Shown: positions 10,396 through 20,902 of the stretch, piece by piece | How the letters are laid out: the number at the start of each line of letters is the position of its first letter | Numbering within the stretch: position 1 is the first letter of the stretch | Assembly (NCBI GenBank): GCA_015066105.1 | Contig: SVOY01000001.1 | Coordinates: 458,127-522,126 of the forward strand | Reading direction: 5' to 3' | DNA from: Oscillospiraceae bacterium | Lineage (GTDB): Bacteria > Bacillota > Clostridia > Oscillospirales > Acutalibacteraceae | DNA length: 64,000 nucleotides | Notes under the pieces: model-generated | What the model was told of the DNA's origin: nothing | Database searches by the model: none | What the model saw: only the letters and a program-made list of their open reading frames with translations | Position numbers and translations under genes: made by a program

Positions 10396-11811
10396 ATGCC
10401 AGACAGTAAATTTACGGTTCCCGAACAGGAGCTATTGAAACAAAAAGAATATAACGAGCTTGTAAAAACGGTGCTGAGCTCCCGCTTTTCTCCGGAAAAG
10501 CCCAAGGCCTTTGTGCACACCTACGGCTGTCAGGGTAATGTTGCCGACGGTGAAAAGCTTAAGGGTATGCTTTGGGAGATGGGCTTTGATTTTTGCCAAA
10601 GCCCCGAGAATGCTGACCTTGTGCTTTACAACACCTGCGCAATCCGCGAGCACGCTGAGGACAGAGTTTTCGGCAACGTGGGCGCACTCAAGCCCTTCAA
10701 AAAGAAAAATCCCGATATGCTTATTGTGCTTTGCGGCTGTATGACTCAGCAGCAGTGCGTTGCGGATAAATTCAAAAGCAGCTACCCCTTTGTGGATATT
10801 GTTTTCGGCACACACGTTGCGCACCGTCTGCCCGAATTTATTTACAGAAGGCTTTGCCTGGGTAAGCGCGTTTACGAAACCGCTGACAGCGACGGCAACA
10901 TTGTTGAGGGCCTGCCCGTAAAGCGTGACGGTGCCTTCAGAGCCTGGGTGCCCGTAATGTACGGCTGCAACAACTTCTGCTCATACTGCATTGTGCCCTA
11001 TGTAAGGGGCAGGGAGCGAAGCCGTGATTTTGACACGGTTGTAAATGAGGTCAGAGACCTTGTTGCCGCAGGCTATAAGGAGATAAACCTCCTCGGGCAG
11101 AATGTTAATTCCTATAACAAGGACCTTACAGGCGATAAGCAGTTCCCCGCACTTTTAAGGGCAATCAACAGCCTTGAGGGCGAATTCATCATCCGCTTTA
11201 TGACCTCTCATCCGAGAGACTGCACAAGAGAGCTCATTGAAGCAATGGCAGACTGCAAAAAGGTTGCAAAGCACCTGCACCTGCCCGTACAGTCGGGCAA
11301 CAACAGAGTGCTTAAGGAAATGAACCGTCACTATGACAGAGAAAAATACCTTTCGCTTATTGATTATGCTTATGAGCTTATGCCCGAGCTTTCAATAACG
11401 AGTGATATAATAGTCGGCTTCCCCGGCGAAACCTATGAGGAGTTCTGCGACACACTTTCTCTTATTGAAAAAGTGAAATACACATCTCTTTTCACCTTTA
11501 TTTTTTCACCGCGCAAGGGCACAAGGGCCTATGATATGCCCGACCCCGTTTCGCGGCAGGAAAAGGGAGTGTGGTTTAAGCAGCTTACCGACCTTCAGGA
11601 AAAAATTGCAGGAGAAAGAACTGCAGGAATGAAGGGCAGGGTATACCGCGTGCTTGTTGAGGAAAAGGCAAAGCCCGACGGCTTCCTTTCCGGCAGAACG
11701 CAGGGCAACGTAATTATTGAATTTGAAGGCGATGAAAGCCTTATCGGCGGCTTTGCCGACGTAATTGTGACCAATCCCAAAACCTGGGTGGTTTACGGTG
11801 AGCTTGTATAA
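10396..11811 (+). CDS. miaB: tRNA-2-methylthio-N6-dimethylallyladenosine synthase
   Basis: Radical-SAM CxxxCxxC (CNNFCSYC) plus N-terminal UPF0004 Cys triad and a TRAM end. ATG 10396 preferred; alternative TTG at 10372. Confidence 0.9.
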   Translation: MPDSKFTVPEQELLKQKEYNELVKTVLSSRFSPEKPKAFVHTYGCQGNVADGEKLKGMLWEMGFDFCQSPENADLVLYNTCAIREHAEDRVFGNVGALKPFKKKNPDMLIVLCGCMTQQQCVADKFKSSYPFVDIVFGTHVAHRLPEFIYRRLCLGKRVYETADSDGNIVEGLPVKRDGAFRAWVPVMYGCNNFCSYCIVPYVRGRERSRDFDTVVNEVRDLVAAGYKEINLLGQNVNSYNKDLTGDKQFPALLRAINSLEGEFIIRFMTSHPRDCTRELIEAMADCKKVAKHLHLPVQSGNNRVLKEMNRHYDREKYLSLIDYAYELMPELSITSDIIVGFPGETYEEFCDTLSLIEKVKYTSLFTFIFSPRKGTRAYDMPDPVSRQEKGVWFKQLTDLQEKIAGERTAGMKGRVYRVLVEEKAKPDGFLSGRTQGNVIIEFEGDESLIGGFADVIVTNPKTWVVYGELV

Positions 11812-11864
11812 ATTTACTTCATTCGAAGTAGTTATAAATATTATTTTTTAAGGAGCAAAAATCA

Positions 11865-12281
11865 ATGGACATCATCAAACTTACACGTGAGCTCGGTGCC
11901 GCAATTCAGCAGGACGAGCGTTACCTCAACTTTGCAAAGGCAAGAGAGGAAAATGAAAAGGATGCTGAGCTCAACGAGCTTATGGCACAGATTCAGATGG
12001 TTCAGATGAACTATCAGATGGAAGCATCAAAGGAAGCTCCCGATGCAGAAAAAATGCGCGCATATGAGGAGCAGTTCAACGATGTTTACACAAGGTTTAT
12101 GGACAGCGACAAGATGAAGAACTACGAGGCTGCAAGAGCTGAAATTGACAACCTTATGAACTACCTTATGCAGATTCTCGGCCTTTGCGTTAACGGTGCA
12201 GACCCTGCAACCTGCGAGCCCGAAGCTCCCGAGGAGCACAGCTGCGGCGGTTCATGCTCAAGCTGCAGCGGCTGCCACTAA
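11865..12281 (+). CDS. ymcA: YlbF/YmcA (RicA-like) family protein with a Cys-rich C-terminal tail
   Basis: 138 aa helical protein directly downstream of miaB, the same synteny as B. subtilis ymcB-ymcA; tail CGGSCSSCSGCH. Confidence 0.65.
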   Translation: MDIIKLTRELGAAIQQDERYLNFAKAREENEKDAELNELMAQIQMVQMNYQMEASKEAPDAEKMRAYEEQFNDVYTRFMDSDKMKNYEAARAEIDNLMNYLMQILGLCVNGADPATCEPEAPEEHSCGGSCSSCSGCH

Positions 12282-12323
12282 ACCACACTTGACTTAAGTA
12301 AAAAGCACAGGAGGAAAAACAAA

Positions 12324-14954
12324 ATGTCAGAAATGACGCCGATGATGGCACAATACTTTGAAATTAAAAAGGATTATCCGGATACGATACTGTTTTTCCG
12401 CCTGGGTGACTTTTACGAAATGTTTTTCGAGGATGCCAAAACCGCATCCTCGGTTCTTGAGCTTACCCTTACGGGCAGAGCCTGCGGCAACGGAGAAAGG
12501 GCACCCATGTGCGGTGTTCCTTTCCATTCTGCCGATAACTATATTGCGAAGCTTGTGAAAAACGGCTACAAGGTTGCAATCTGCGAGCAGGTTGAGGACC
12601 CTGCCACCGCTAAGGGCATTGTTAAAAGAGATGTTGTGAGAATTGTTACAAAGGGCAGTATTATCGAAAACAATATGCTCGACGAAAACAAGAACAACTA
12701 TCTTACCTCAATTTATACCGACGATACGGGCTCGGGCATCTGCTTTGTTGATGTTTCAACGGGCACGCTCAACCTCACCTGCTTTACGGCTGAGGATGAC
12801 ATTGAAAGCTCACTTGTAAACGAGCTCGGTGTTTATTTGCCCAGTGAAATTATCGTCAACAGAAAAACCGCCGCCCTTGACGGCGTGGCATCCTTTATTT
12901 CAAAAAAGCTCGAGGCCTCCTGTGAGCTTCCCGAGGATGACTATTTTGATTTTGAAAACTGCCGCATGGTCTGCTGTGACCATTTTACCGATGAAAAAAT
13001 TGCTTCACTCGGTCTTAACGCCCTGCCTGCCGCAATCATTTCCGTGGGCAGTGCAATAAAATATCTTAAAAACGTACAGAAAAACGAGCTTGAGAATATA
13101 AGAGAAATCAATCTTTATTCCGACAGCCAGTTTATGAAAATAGGCTACTCTACAAAAAGAGACCTTGAAATTACCGAAACTATGAGAAGCCGTGAGAAAA
13201 AGGGCTCGCTTTTGTGGGTGCTTGACAGCACGGGCACCTCAATGGGCAGGCGACTTCTCCGCTCCTGGCTTGAAAAGCCCCTTATAAATCTCGCACAGAT
13301 TTCACGCAGACACAACGCTGTTGACGAGCTTTATAATGATAATATGAAGCTTACAGAGCTTTCTTCCGCTCTTAAAAATATATTTGACATTGAACGTCTT
13401 CTTACAAGAATTATCTATGAAACCGCAAACGCAAAGGACCTTAACTCCTTAAAGCAGACAATTTCAATTCTGCCCTCAATCAAGGAGCTTCTTAAGGATG
13501 CAAAAAGCTCTTACCTTGTTTCGCAGTTTAACCGCATTGACTGCCTTGAGGACGTATATAACCTTATCGACTCCGCAATAAAGGAGGACGCTCCCTTTAC
13601 CCTTCGCGAGGGTGATATTATCCGCGAGGGCTTTAACGAGGAGCTTGACTACCTTGCCGACATCAAGAACAACGGCGAAAAATACATTGCCGAAATTGAA
13701 AGCCGTGAAAAGGAGCTTACGGGCATCCCCAAGCTTCGCATTGGCTACAACAGAGTTTTCGGCTATTACATTGAGGTTACCAACTCCTATAAGGAGCTTG
13801 TGCCCGAAACCTATATAAGAAAGCAGACCCTTTCAAACTGCGAAAGATATATCACCCAGGAACTGAAGGAGCTTGAAAGCAAGGTGCTCGGTGCACAGGA
13901 AAGAATGGTCAAGCTTGAATACGAAATCTTTTGCCAGGTAAGAAGAGCCGTTGCAAATGAATTTAACCGCATCAAGGGCACTGCCGATGCCGTTGCCGTA
14001 ACGGACGTGCTTTGCTCACTTGCAAATGCGGCACTTAAGAACAATTATGTTCGCCCCGTAATGAGGGACGATTCGTGCCTTAAGATAACCGACGGCAGAC
14101 ATCCCGTTGTTGAGCTTATGCTCGGTGACGCGCCCTTTGTGCCCAACGATACCAATATGGACTGCGACAGTAACCGCTGTGCCATTATCACGGGCCCTAA
14201 TATGGCGGGTAAATCCACCTATATGCGTCAGGTTGCCCTTATCTGCCTTATGGCTCAGGTGGGCTCCTTTGTGCCGGCAAGAAGTGCCGAGCTCGGCATT
14301 GTGGGCAGCATTTTCACCCGTGTGGGTGCATCTGATGACCTTGCAACGGGTCAGTCAACCTTTATGGTTGAAATGAGCGAGGTTTCCGATATTCTCAAAA
14401 ATGCGGATAAAAACAGCCTCATTATCCTTGACGAGGTGGGCAGAGGCACCTCAACCTTTGACGGAATGAGCATTGCAAGAGCCGTGCTTGAATATATTGC
14501 CGACAAGAGAAAAATCGGTGCAAAAACCCTTTTCTCAACCCATTATCACGAGCTGACGGAAATTGAAAATCAGCTTGAGGGTGTAAAGAATTACAACATC
14601 TCCGTAAAAAAGAGGGGAGAGGACGTAATTTTCCTTCGCCGTATTGTGCGCGGCCCTGCCGACGGCAGCTACGGTATTGAGGTTGCCAAGCTTGCAGACC
14701 TGCCTCAGAGTGTGCTTGCAAGGGCGAGAAAAATCCTCAAATACCTTGAAGCAAACCGCCCCGATGCCTCACAGCTGATGAAGGCTCTTCCCAAAAAAGA
14801 GGAAAAGGAAGAAAATCAGCTTTCACTTACGGGCAAATTCAACGGCGAGCTTGCACATAAATTAAAGGAAATTGACGTTAACACACTCACCCCCATTGAA
14901 GCACTGACAACACTGCATGAGCTTGTTGCCTTTGCAAAAAGCACAGACGTTTAA
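12324..14954 (+). CDS. mutS: DNA mismatch repair protein MutS
   Basis: 876 aa; MTPMMAQYFEIK N-terminus, Walker A GPNMAGKST, STFMVEM motif. Confidence 0.97.
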   Translation: MSEMTPMMAQYFEIKKDYPDTILFFRLGDFYEMFFEDAKTASSVLELTLTGRACGNGERAPMCGVPFHSADNYIAKLVKNGYKVAICEQVEDPATAKGIVKRDVVRIVTKGSIIENNMLDENKNNYLTSIYTDDTGSGICFVDVSTGTLNLTCFTAEDDIESSLVNELGVYLPSEIIVNRKTAALDGVASFISKKLEASCELPEDDYFDFENCRMVCCDHFTDEKIASLGLNALPAAIISVGSAIKYLKNVQKNELENIREINLYSDSQFMKIGYSTKRDLEITETMRSREKKGSLLWVLDSTGTSMGRRLLRSWLEKPLINLAQISRRHNAVDELYNDNMKLTELSSALKNIFDIERLLTRIIYETANAKDLNSLKQTISILPSIKELLKDAKSSYLVSQFNRIDCLEDVYNLIDSAIKEDAPFTLREGDIIREGFNEELDYLADIKNNGEKYIAEIESREKELTGIPKLRIGYNRVFGYYIEVTNSYKELVPETYIRKQTLSNCERYITQELKELESKVLGAQERMVKLEYEIFCQVRRAVANEFNRIKGTADAVAVTDVLCSLANAALKNNYVRPVMRDDSCLKITDGRHPVVELMLGDAPFVPNDTNMDCDSNRCAIITGPNMAGKSTYMRQVALICLMAQVGSFVPARSAELGIVGSIFTRVGASDDLATGQSTFMVEMSEVSDILKNADKNSLIILDEVGRGTSTFDGMSIARAVLEYIADKRKIGAKTLFSTHYHELTEIENQLEGVKNYNISVKKRGEDVIFLRRIVRGPADGSYGIEVAKLADLPQSVLARARKILKYLEANRPDASQLMKALPKKEEKEENQLSLTGKFNGELAHKLKEIDVNTLTPIEALTTLHELVAFAKSTDV

Positions 14955-14982
14955 ATAAAGTAATCATAAAGGAGGATGCACT

Positions 14983-16977
14983 ATGCCTAAAATCAATGTT
15001 CTTTCAAAGCACGTTGCCGAGCTTATTGCGGCAGGCGAGGTTGTTGAAAGACCCGCAAGCGTTGTTAAGGAGCTTATGGAAAATTCAATAGATGCAGGTG
15101 CAACCTCAATTACCCTTGAAATCCGTAACGGCGGTGTAACCTACATAAGAATCACCGATAACGGCTGCGGAATTGAGCACGACGACGTGCCAAAGGCCTT
15201 TATCAGCCACGCAACAAGCAAAATTGCCGACGAAAACGACCTTAATTCCATTTTCACCCTCGGCTTTCGCGGCGAGGCACTTGCTTCAATAGCCGCCGTT
15301 TCCCGCACGGAAATACTGACAAGGGCTGAAAATGAGCAGACGGGCACCTCCTATGCCGTTGAAGGCGGCGTTGAAACACGCTTTGAGCAGGCAGGCTGTC
15401 CTCAGGGCACAACAATCATTGTAAGGGACCTTTTCTTCAACACTCCCGCCCGTATGAAATTTTTAAAGCGTGACGTTTCCGAGGCCAATGCCGTTGCCGA
15501 AATTGTTGACCGGATTGCCCTTTCAAACCCCGGTGTCAGCATCCGCTTCATCCGTGAGGGCAAGCAGGCACTTATAACTCCCGGTGACGGGAAAACCCTT
15601 TCTGCAATTTACTCCGTTTTCGGCAGAGCCTTTGCAGATTCACTTGTTGAGGTAAATTACGAGCTTGAGGGCATAAGGGTTGAGGGCTACGTCTGTAAGC
15701 CCGCCTTTTCAAGGCCCTCACGCTCAATGCAGTATTTCTTCCTCAACGGCAGATATTTCAAGTCGCGCTCCTGTATGGCATCAATGGAAAATGCCTATAA
15801 GAATTCAATTATGGTGGGAAAATTCCCCTCATGCGTGCTTAATATTGTTATTGCACCCAATTTTGTTGACGTAAACGTACACCCTGCAAAAACTGAGGTG
15901 CGCTTCAGCGATGAAAGACGTGTTACCTCGGCGGTTTATTATGCGGTAAAAAGTGCCATTGAAGCTTCGGATACTCCCGTTGTGATGAATATTGCAAGGG
16001 TTGCGGAAAAAACAAGGGCGGCCTCAAGTCAGCTTTTGCTTGCAGTTGAGGATGAGCCCGTTTCCGTCATTAAGCCGCAGACGGCTGTTCCCGTGCAAAA
16101 GCCGGTGCAGAGCAAACCGGATGTGACCCTGCCCGTTAAAGAAGCACCCGTAGCCCAAAGGAAAAAGGATTTCCGGACAAATATTTCTTCCTCGGAATAT
16201 AAGGCGGCGGTTTCTTCACCGAAAAGTGAAAGCCCCGTTGCACAAAGCAAGCAGGAGCCTGACCTTATAGCCTCCTTCAAGGCTAAAAATCAACCGCCGA
16301 AGCCGTCTCAGCCGGCCTCAAGGCCTGCACCCGGTGAATATACTCCGCCCTCACACAGCTTTGTGCCCGTGAGGACTGAGCAGGAGCTTTCAGAAGCCGC
16401 ACCCAAGCCCTTGCGCCTTTTGGGCGAGGCCTTTAAAACCTATATCATCTGCGAATACGACAACAAGGTTTACTTTATCGATAAGCACGCCGCCCACGAA
16501 AGAGTGATTTACAACAAAATCAAAAAGGCGGCAGAAAACAAGGTTTCCTCGCAGGTGCTGCTTTCGCCCGTTACGGTCACGCTCAATAAAAATGACTACA
16601 ACACGGTGCTTGAAAATCTTGACGTTTTCTCAAAGGCGGGCTATCTTGTTGAGGATTTCGGCACGGGCGTTGTAATTGTGCGTGAGTGTCCGATGCTTAT
16701 TTCCGGCGACGATATTGAGGATACGGTTGTTGAAATTGCATCCTACCTTGTGCAGAACAGAACCAACGTTGAAAGCGAAAAAATTGACCGTATTCATCAC
16801 ACCTCGGCCTGCAAGGCGGCAATCAAGGCAGGCTACAAAAATTCCACCGCCGAAATGAAGGTGCTTGCAGAGCAGGTGCTTTACGATGATGAAATACGCT
16901 ATTGCCCCCACGGCCGTCCCGTGCTTATAGAAATGAGCCGCTACGACCTGGAAAAGCAGTTCGGCAGAATTCAGTAA
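14983..16977 (+). CDS. mutL: DNA mismatch repair protein MutL
   Basis: 664 aa; GHKL ATPase N-domain (IAAGEVVERPASVVKELMENSIDAG); endonuclease motif DKHAAHERV. Confidence 0.97.
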   Translation: MPKINVLSKHVAELIAAGEVVERPASVVKELMENSIDAGATSITLEIRNGGVTYIRITDNGCGIEHDDVPKAFISHATSKIADENDLNSIFTLGFRGEALASIAAVSRTEILTRAENEQTGTSYAVEGGVETRFEQAGCPQGTTIIVRDLFFNTPARMKFLKRDVSEANAVAEIVDRIALSNPGVSIRFIREGKQALITPGDGKTLSAIYSVFGRAFADSLVEVNYELEGIRVEGYVCKPAFSRPSRSMQYFFLNGRYFKSRSCMASMENAYKNSIMVGKFPSCVLNIVIAPNFVDVNVHPAKTEVRFSDERRVTSAVYYAVKSAIEASDTPVVMNIARVAEKTRAASSQLLLAVEDEPVSVIKPQTAVPVQKPVQSKPDVTLPVKEAPVAQRKKDFRTNISSSEYKAAVSSPKSESPVAQSKQEPDLIASFKAKNQPPKPSQPASRPAPGEYTPPSHSFVPVRTEQELSEAAPKPLRLLGEAFKTYIICEYDNKVYFIDKHAAHERVIYNKIKKAAENKVSSQVLLSPVTVTLNKNDYNTVLENLDVFSKAGYLVEDFGTGVVIVRECPMLISGDDIEDTVVEIASYLVQNRTNVESEKIDRIHHTSACKAAIKAGYKNSTAEMKVLAEQVLYDDEIRYCPHGRPVLIEMSRYDLEKQFGRIQ

Positions 16978-16995
16978 AACGGAGAACTATAAATT

Positions 16996-17925
16996 ATGAC
17001 TAAGCCTTTGGTTGCTGTTGTTGTGGGACCCACGGCATCGGGCAAAAGTGCCCTTGCCGTTGAAATTGCAAAAAAATACGGCGGAGAGGTTGTTTCGGCA
17101 GACTCAATGCAGATTTATAAGGGAATGGATATTGCCACGGCAAAGCCCGCACGGGAAGAAATGCAGGGCATACCTCATCACCTTATCAGTATTGTTGAGC
17201 CCACAGACAGCTTCAGCGTAAACGAATTTAAGATAAAGGCCACACAAGCGATTGAAGATATACTTTCAAGGGGGAAATTCCCCGTTGTTGCAGGCGGCAC
17301 GGGCTTTTACGTTGATACCCTTGTGAACAATACGGAGTTTCTTGACTATGAAAAGAACGATATTCGTGCAAGGCTTGAAGAAAAAGCAGGGCAGGAGGGT
17401 ATTGCCGTGCTTTACGGTGAGCTTAAGGCTATTGACCCCATTGCCGCCGAAAGGCTTCACGAAAACGACAGTAAGCGTATAATCCGCGCGCTTGAGGTTT
17501 ATTACAGCACGGGCAAAACAATCACCGAGCAGGAAAGGCTTTCACACCTTGAGGAAAGTCCCTACCGCTTTTGCATAATCGGCATAAATGCCCGTGACAG
17601 ACAGGTGCTTTACGACAGAATAAATCTGCGTGTTGACCTTATGCTTGAAGCCGGACTTATCAGTGAGGCACGGGAGTTTTTTTCAATGCCCGTTTCACTT
17701 ACGGCAAAGCAGGCAATAGGCTACAAGGAGCTGAAGCCTTATTTAGACGGGCATTGCAGCCTTGACGAAGCAGTTGAAAGGCTGAAAACGGAAACGCGCC
17801 GTTATGCAAAAAGGCAGCTCACATGGCTTCGCAAAAGGGAGAATATCAACTGGATTTATATTGACAGTAAAAGCAGAGATGAAATAATAAACGAAGCTTT
17901 TGAAATAATAAAAAGCTTTGAATAG
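16996..17925 (+). CDS. miaA: tRNA dimethylallyltransferase
   Basis: 309 aa; P-loop GPTASGKS and SADSMQIYKGMDI motif. Confidence 0.95.
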   Translation: MTKPLVAVVVGPTASGKSALAVEIAKKYGGEVVSADSMQIYKGMDIATAKPAREEMQGIPHHLISIVEPTDSFSVNEFKIKATQAIEDILSRGKFPVVAGGTGFYVDTLVNNTEFLDYEKNDIRARLEEKAGQEGIAVLYGELKAIDPIAAERLHENDSKRIIRALEVYYSTGKTITEQERLSHLEESPYRFCIIGINARDRQVLYDRINLRVDLMLEAGLISEAREFFSMPVSLTAKQAIGYKELKPYLDGHCSLDEAVERLKTETRRYAKRQLTWLRKRENINWIYIDSKSRDEIINEAFEIIKSFE

Positions 17926-17947
17926 CTTTTGAAAGGGGAAGGTTCAA

Positions 17948-18670
17948 ATGACAGATTTATCCGCAGAAAAGCGTTTTTCCGATATTGAGCATAATCTTGA
18001 TGCCATAAGAGAAAAAATATTTAAGGCCGCCACCGATGCCGGAAGAAATCCCGACGAGGTAAGGCTTATGGCGGTTACCAAAACCGTTGAGCCGATTTTT
18101 ATCAACCACGCGCTTAAAAACGGCATCAGCCTCATCGGCGAAAACAAGGTTCAGGAATTTCTTTCCAAAAAGCCCTATCTTGACCTTGAGGGCTGTGAGG
18201 CTCACCTTATCGGCCATCTGCAGACCAACAAGGTTAAGCAGATTGTTTCCGAGGTTTCTATGATTGAGTCGCTTGACAGCCTTAAGCTTGCAAGGGAAAT
18301 TTCAAAAAGAAGCACGGAAAAGGGGCTTGTTACACCCTGCCTTGTTGAGGTCAACATCGGTATGGAGGAAAGCAAAACAGGCCTTGAGCTTTCGGCTCTC
18401 GAGGAGCTTCTTTGTGCCGTGGCTGAGCTTGAGGGCATCAGGGTTGAGGGCCTTATGACAATTCCGCCCATTTGTGACGATGAAAAAGAGCTCAACAAAT
18501 ATTTTTCGCAAATGCACAAAATATTTGTTGACATTAAAGATAAAAAGTTAGATAATATAAATATGAATGTGCTCTCAATGGGTATGTCATCGGATTTTGA
18601 AGCGGCAGTAAGAAACGGCTCCACTCTTGTAAGAGTCGGCAGCAGCATTTTCGGGCCGAGAATATATTAA
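17948..18670 (+). CDS. yggS: YggS-family pyridoxal-phosphate homeostasis protein
   Basis: 240 aa; VTKT (PLP lysine) and HLIGHLQTNK motifs. Confidence 0.9.
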   Translation: MTDLSAEKRFSDIEHNLDAIREKIFKAATDAGRNPDEVRLMAVTKTVEPIFINHALKNGISLIGENKVQEFLSKKPYLDLEGCEAHLIGHLQTNKVKQIVSEVSMIESLDSLKLAREISKRSTEKGLVTPCLVEVNIGMEESKTGLELSALEELLCAVAELEGIRVEGLMTIPPICDDEKELNKYFSQMHKIFVDIKDKKLDNINMNVLSMGMSSDFEAAVRNGSTLVRVGSSIFGPRIY

Positions 18671-18687
18671 AAGTGAGGAATAAAAAA

Positions 18688-19311
18688 ATGGATTTTTTCA
18701 AGAATTTAAAGGATAAGGTCAACGATGTTCTTTTTGTAAGAGACGAGGAATACGATGAGGAGGAGGAAGTGAACGAGCAGGAATATTCCGCCGAGCCCGA
18801 GGCTCCCCTTTATGAGGAAATGACACCTCCGCCCTATAACAGCTACAGCTATTCACCCACGGGCGGCCTCAACGCTCCCGAATACGAATTTTCAAAGCCT
18901 GCCTCATCAGCACCCTCAGCTGAATTCAAGTTCACAAAGCCTGCCTCTGCACCTGCACCTCAGGCACCCGAATTCAAAATTCAGCCCGAAAAGAAAACCG
19001 CAAACATCTACAGCATGAACACCGTAAGACCCGCAAACAAGTTCAAGCTCAATTCAATCACCCTCAACGATATTTATGCCGCCAAGGACGTTGCACTCTG
19101 CATGATGGAAAAGGACACCATTCTCCTTGTCAACTTTTCACCCCTTTCCGAAAATCAGAAGCTTCGCGCAATGGATTTCCTCGACGGTGCAAGATGCGTT
19201 ACAAACGCCATTTTTGCAAGGCTTAACGAAAACATCATTGTTTTTGTTCCCGAAAATGTTGAGCTTCGCGGCGATTTTCAGAGCCAGGTTGACTTCGAAT
19301 CAATGAGATAA
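18688..19311 (+). CDS. sepF: cell division protein SepF
   Basis: ORF from GTG 18673; ATG 18688 preferred. Disordered middle region and a conserved C-terminal SepF domain; synteny with yggS. Confidence 0.8.
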   Translation: MDFFKNLKDKVNDVLFVRDEEYDEEEEVNEQEYSAEPEAPLYEEMTPPPYNSYSYSPTGGLNAPEYEFSKPASSAPSAEFKFTKPASAPAPQAPEFKIQPEKKTANIYSMNTVRPANKFKLNSITLNDIYAAKDVALCMMEKDTILLVNFSPLSENQKLRAMDFLDGARCVTNAIFARLNENIIVFVPENVELRGDFQSQVDFESMR

Positions 19312-19333
19312 AAAAACAAAGGACTGATAAATT

Positions 19334-20371
19334 ATGATGCTTCCCAATCAGATTACGTTACAGACTTTCACCCAGACGGCTAAAGGCGGCTACAAGGCTG
19401 TTGAGGTTGACGCCTTTATTCAGCGTGTGTATCAGAGCTACAACAAGCTTTATAACGATAACAAGGCTCTTTGCGAAAAGCTTGACGAGATTCTTCCCGT
19501 TATTGATGAATATAACAAGAGAAAGAGCTCCATTGCCGATGCGCTCATATGGGCAAAATCAACGGCCGAAAAGAACATAGAGGAGGCCAAAGGCATTGCC
19601 GATAAGCTTGTTTCTGAGGCTACCGAAAAGGCAGACAGGCTCTGTGAGGAGAAAAAGGCCGAGGCAGACGCTTATTACGAGGAAAAAACCTCCGAGGCCG
19701 AGAAAAAGGCCGCAACGGCCAAGGCTGAGCTTGAAAGCATTAAAAAGCAGGCTGACAGCTTCAGCGAGCAGTACACTCAAAAAATCAATGTTAAGGCTCA
19801 GCAGCTTGTTGAGCAGGCTAATGAAAAAGCCGCGGCTATTGTTGCCGATGCCTATGCCGATGCAAAGGCCGCAAAGGAAAAGGCAGAAAGCACCCTCAAT
19901 GAAGCCAACAGAGAGCTTAACGCCCTTAAGGCTGAGGCCGCAAAAATCAAAAACGAGCTTCTTGCCCTTGTCGGCCTTGCTCAGCAGGCGGCAGAGGAGG
20001 TTGCCAACCGAATTTTTGAGCCCGTTGAGGCCGATGAAGGCACTGAGGATGAGGCTGTTGAAGCTCCCGTTATTGACGTGAATGAAATTGAAGCCTTTAC
20101 ACTCGAGGGTATTGAGCCCGAGCTTCCTGCCGAAAATGAGGAAAAGCCCGTGCAGATAAGCGAGGAAGCACCCGGTCAGCCCGAATTTGTAAGATTTTTT
20201 GACACCAAGCTTCCCGAGGTCAACGATTTGCTTTCGGAGATTTTTACTGCCGTTAACGAGCAGAACCCTCAGAGAGCAAAGGGCGAAGAGGAAAACAGCT
20301 TCAGATTCACAAACATTTTTGACGACCCCGCCGACAGAGGCGATACAAGAATTTTTAACCCCAAAGCATAA
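19334..20371 (+). CDS. divIVA: DivIVA domain-containing coiled-coil protein
   Basis: 345 aa; N-terminal DivIVA lipid-binding motif (F..T.KGGYK..EVD.F) followed by a long Ala/Glu/Lys coiled coil. Confidence 0.8.
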   Translation: MMLPNQITLQTFTQTAKGGYKAVEVDAFIQRVYQSYNKLYNDNKALCEKLDEILPVIDEYNKRKSSIADALIWAKSTAEKNIEEAKGIADKLVSEATEKADRLCEEKKAEADAYYEEKTSEAEKKAATAKAELESIKKQADSFSEQYTQKINVKAQQLVEQANEKAAAIVADAYADAKAAKEKAESTLNEANRELNALKAEAAKIKNELLALVGLAQQAAEEVANRIFEPVEADEGTEDEAVEAPVIDVNEIEAFTLEGIEPELPAENEEKPVQISEEAPGQPEFVRFFDTKLPEVNDLLSEIFTAVNEQNPQRAKGEEENSFRFTNIFDDPADRGDTRIFNPKA

Positions 20372-20383
20372 TGACGAAAGACG

Positions 20384-20902
20384 GTGAGCACCACGGAGAA
20401 CAGAAAAATAAGTGTCAGGGTGCGTGTCATCAGCTTTTTTGCCGTGCTTGCTTTGCTTGGCATTGACCAGCTTATCAAATACTTTGTTGACCTTTGTCTT
20501 AAAAACAGGCCTGCCGTTACGGTAATCAGAAATGTGCTTCAGCTCAATTACCTTGAAAACGACGGCGCAATGATGGGCTTTATGGGCGGCAAAACCGCAC
20601 TTATGACCACCCTTGCCGTTATCTGCGTTGCAGTGATGCTTGTTGTGATTTTTTCGGGTCTTATAAAAGACAGGGTTGATTACTGGTGTTGCCTTTTTAT
20701 GATAGCGGGCGGTCTGGGCAACATCATCGACAGAGCCTTCCGCGGCTATGTGATTGATTATATCGAGGTGCTTTTTGTAGATTTTTATATTTTCAATTTT
20801 GCCGATTGTCTTATAACCGTTGCTGCATTTGTGCTCATATTTTATCAGCTGTTTTTAACGGCAAAGGAAAATAAAAGAAAAAAAGCAGGTGATAACCCTT
20901 GA
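20384..20902 (+). CDS. lspA: lipoprotein signal peptidase II
   Basis: 172 aa; GTG start; four TM helices; NDGA and IIDR..RGYVIDYI motifs. Confidence 0.85.
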   Translation: MSTTENRKISVRVRVISFFAVLALLGIDQLIKYFVDLCLKNRPAVTVIRNVLQLNYLENDGAMMGFMGGKTALMTTLAVICVAVMLVVIFSGLIKDRVDYWCCLFMIAGGLGNIIDRAFRGYVIDYIEVLFVDFYIFNFADCLITVAAFVLIFYQLFLTAKENKRKKAGDNP

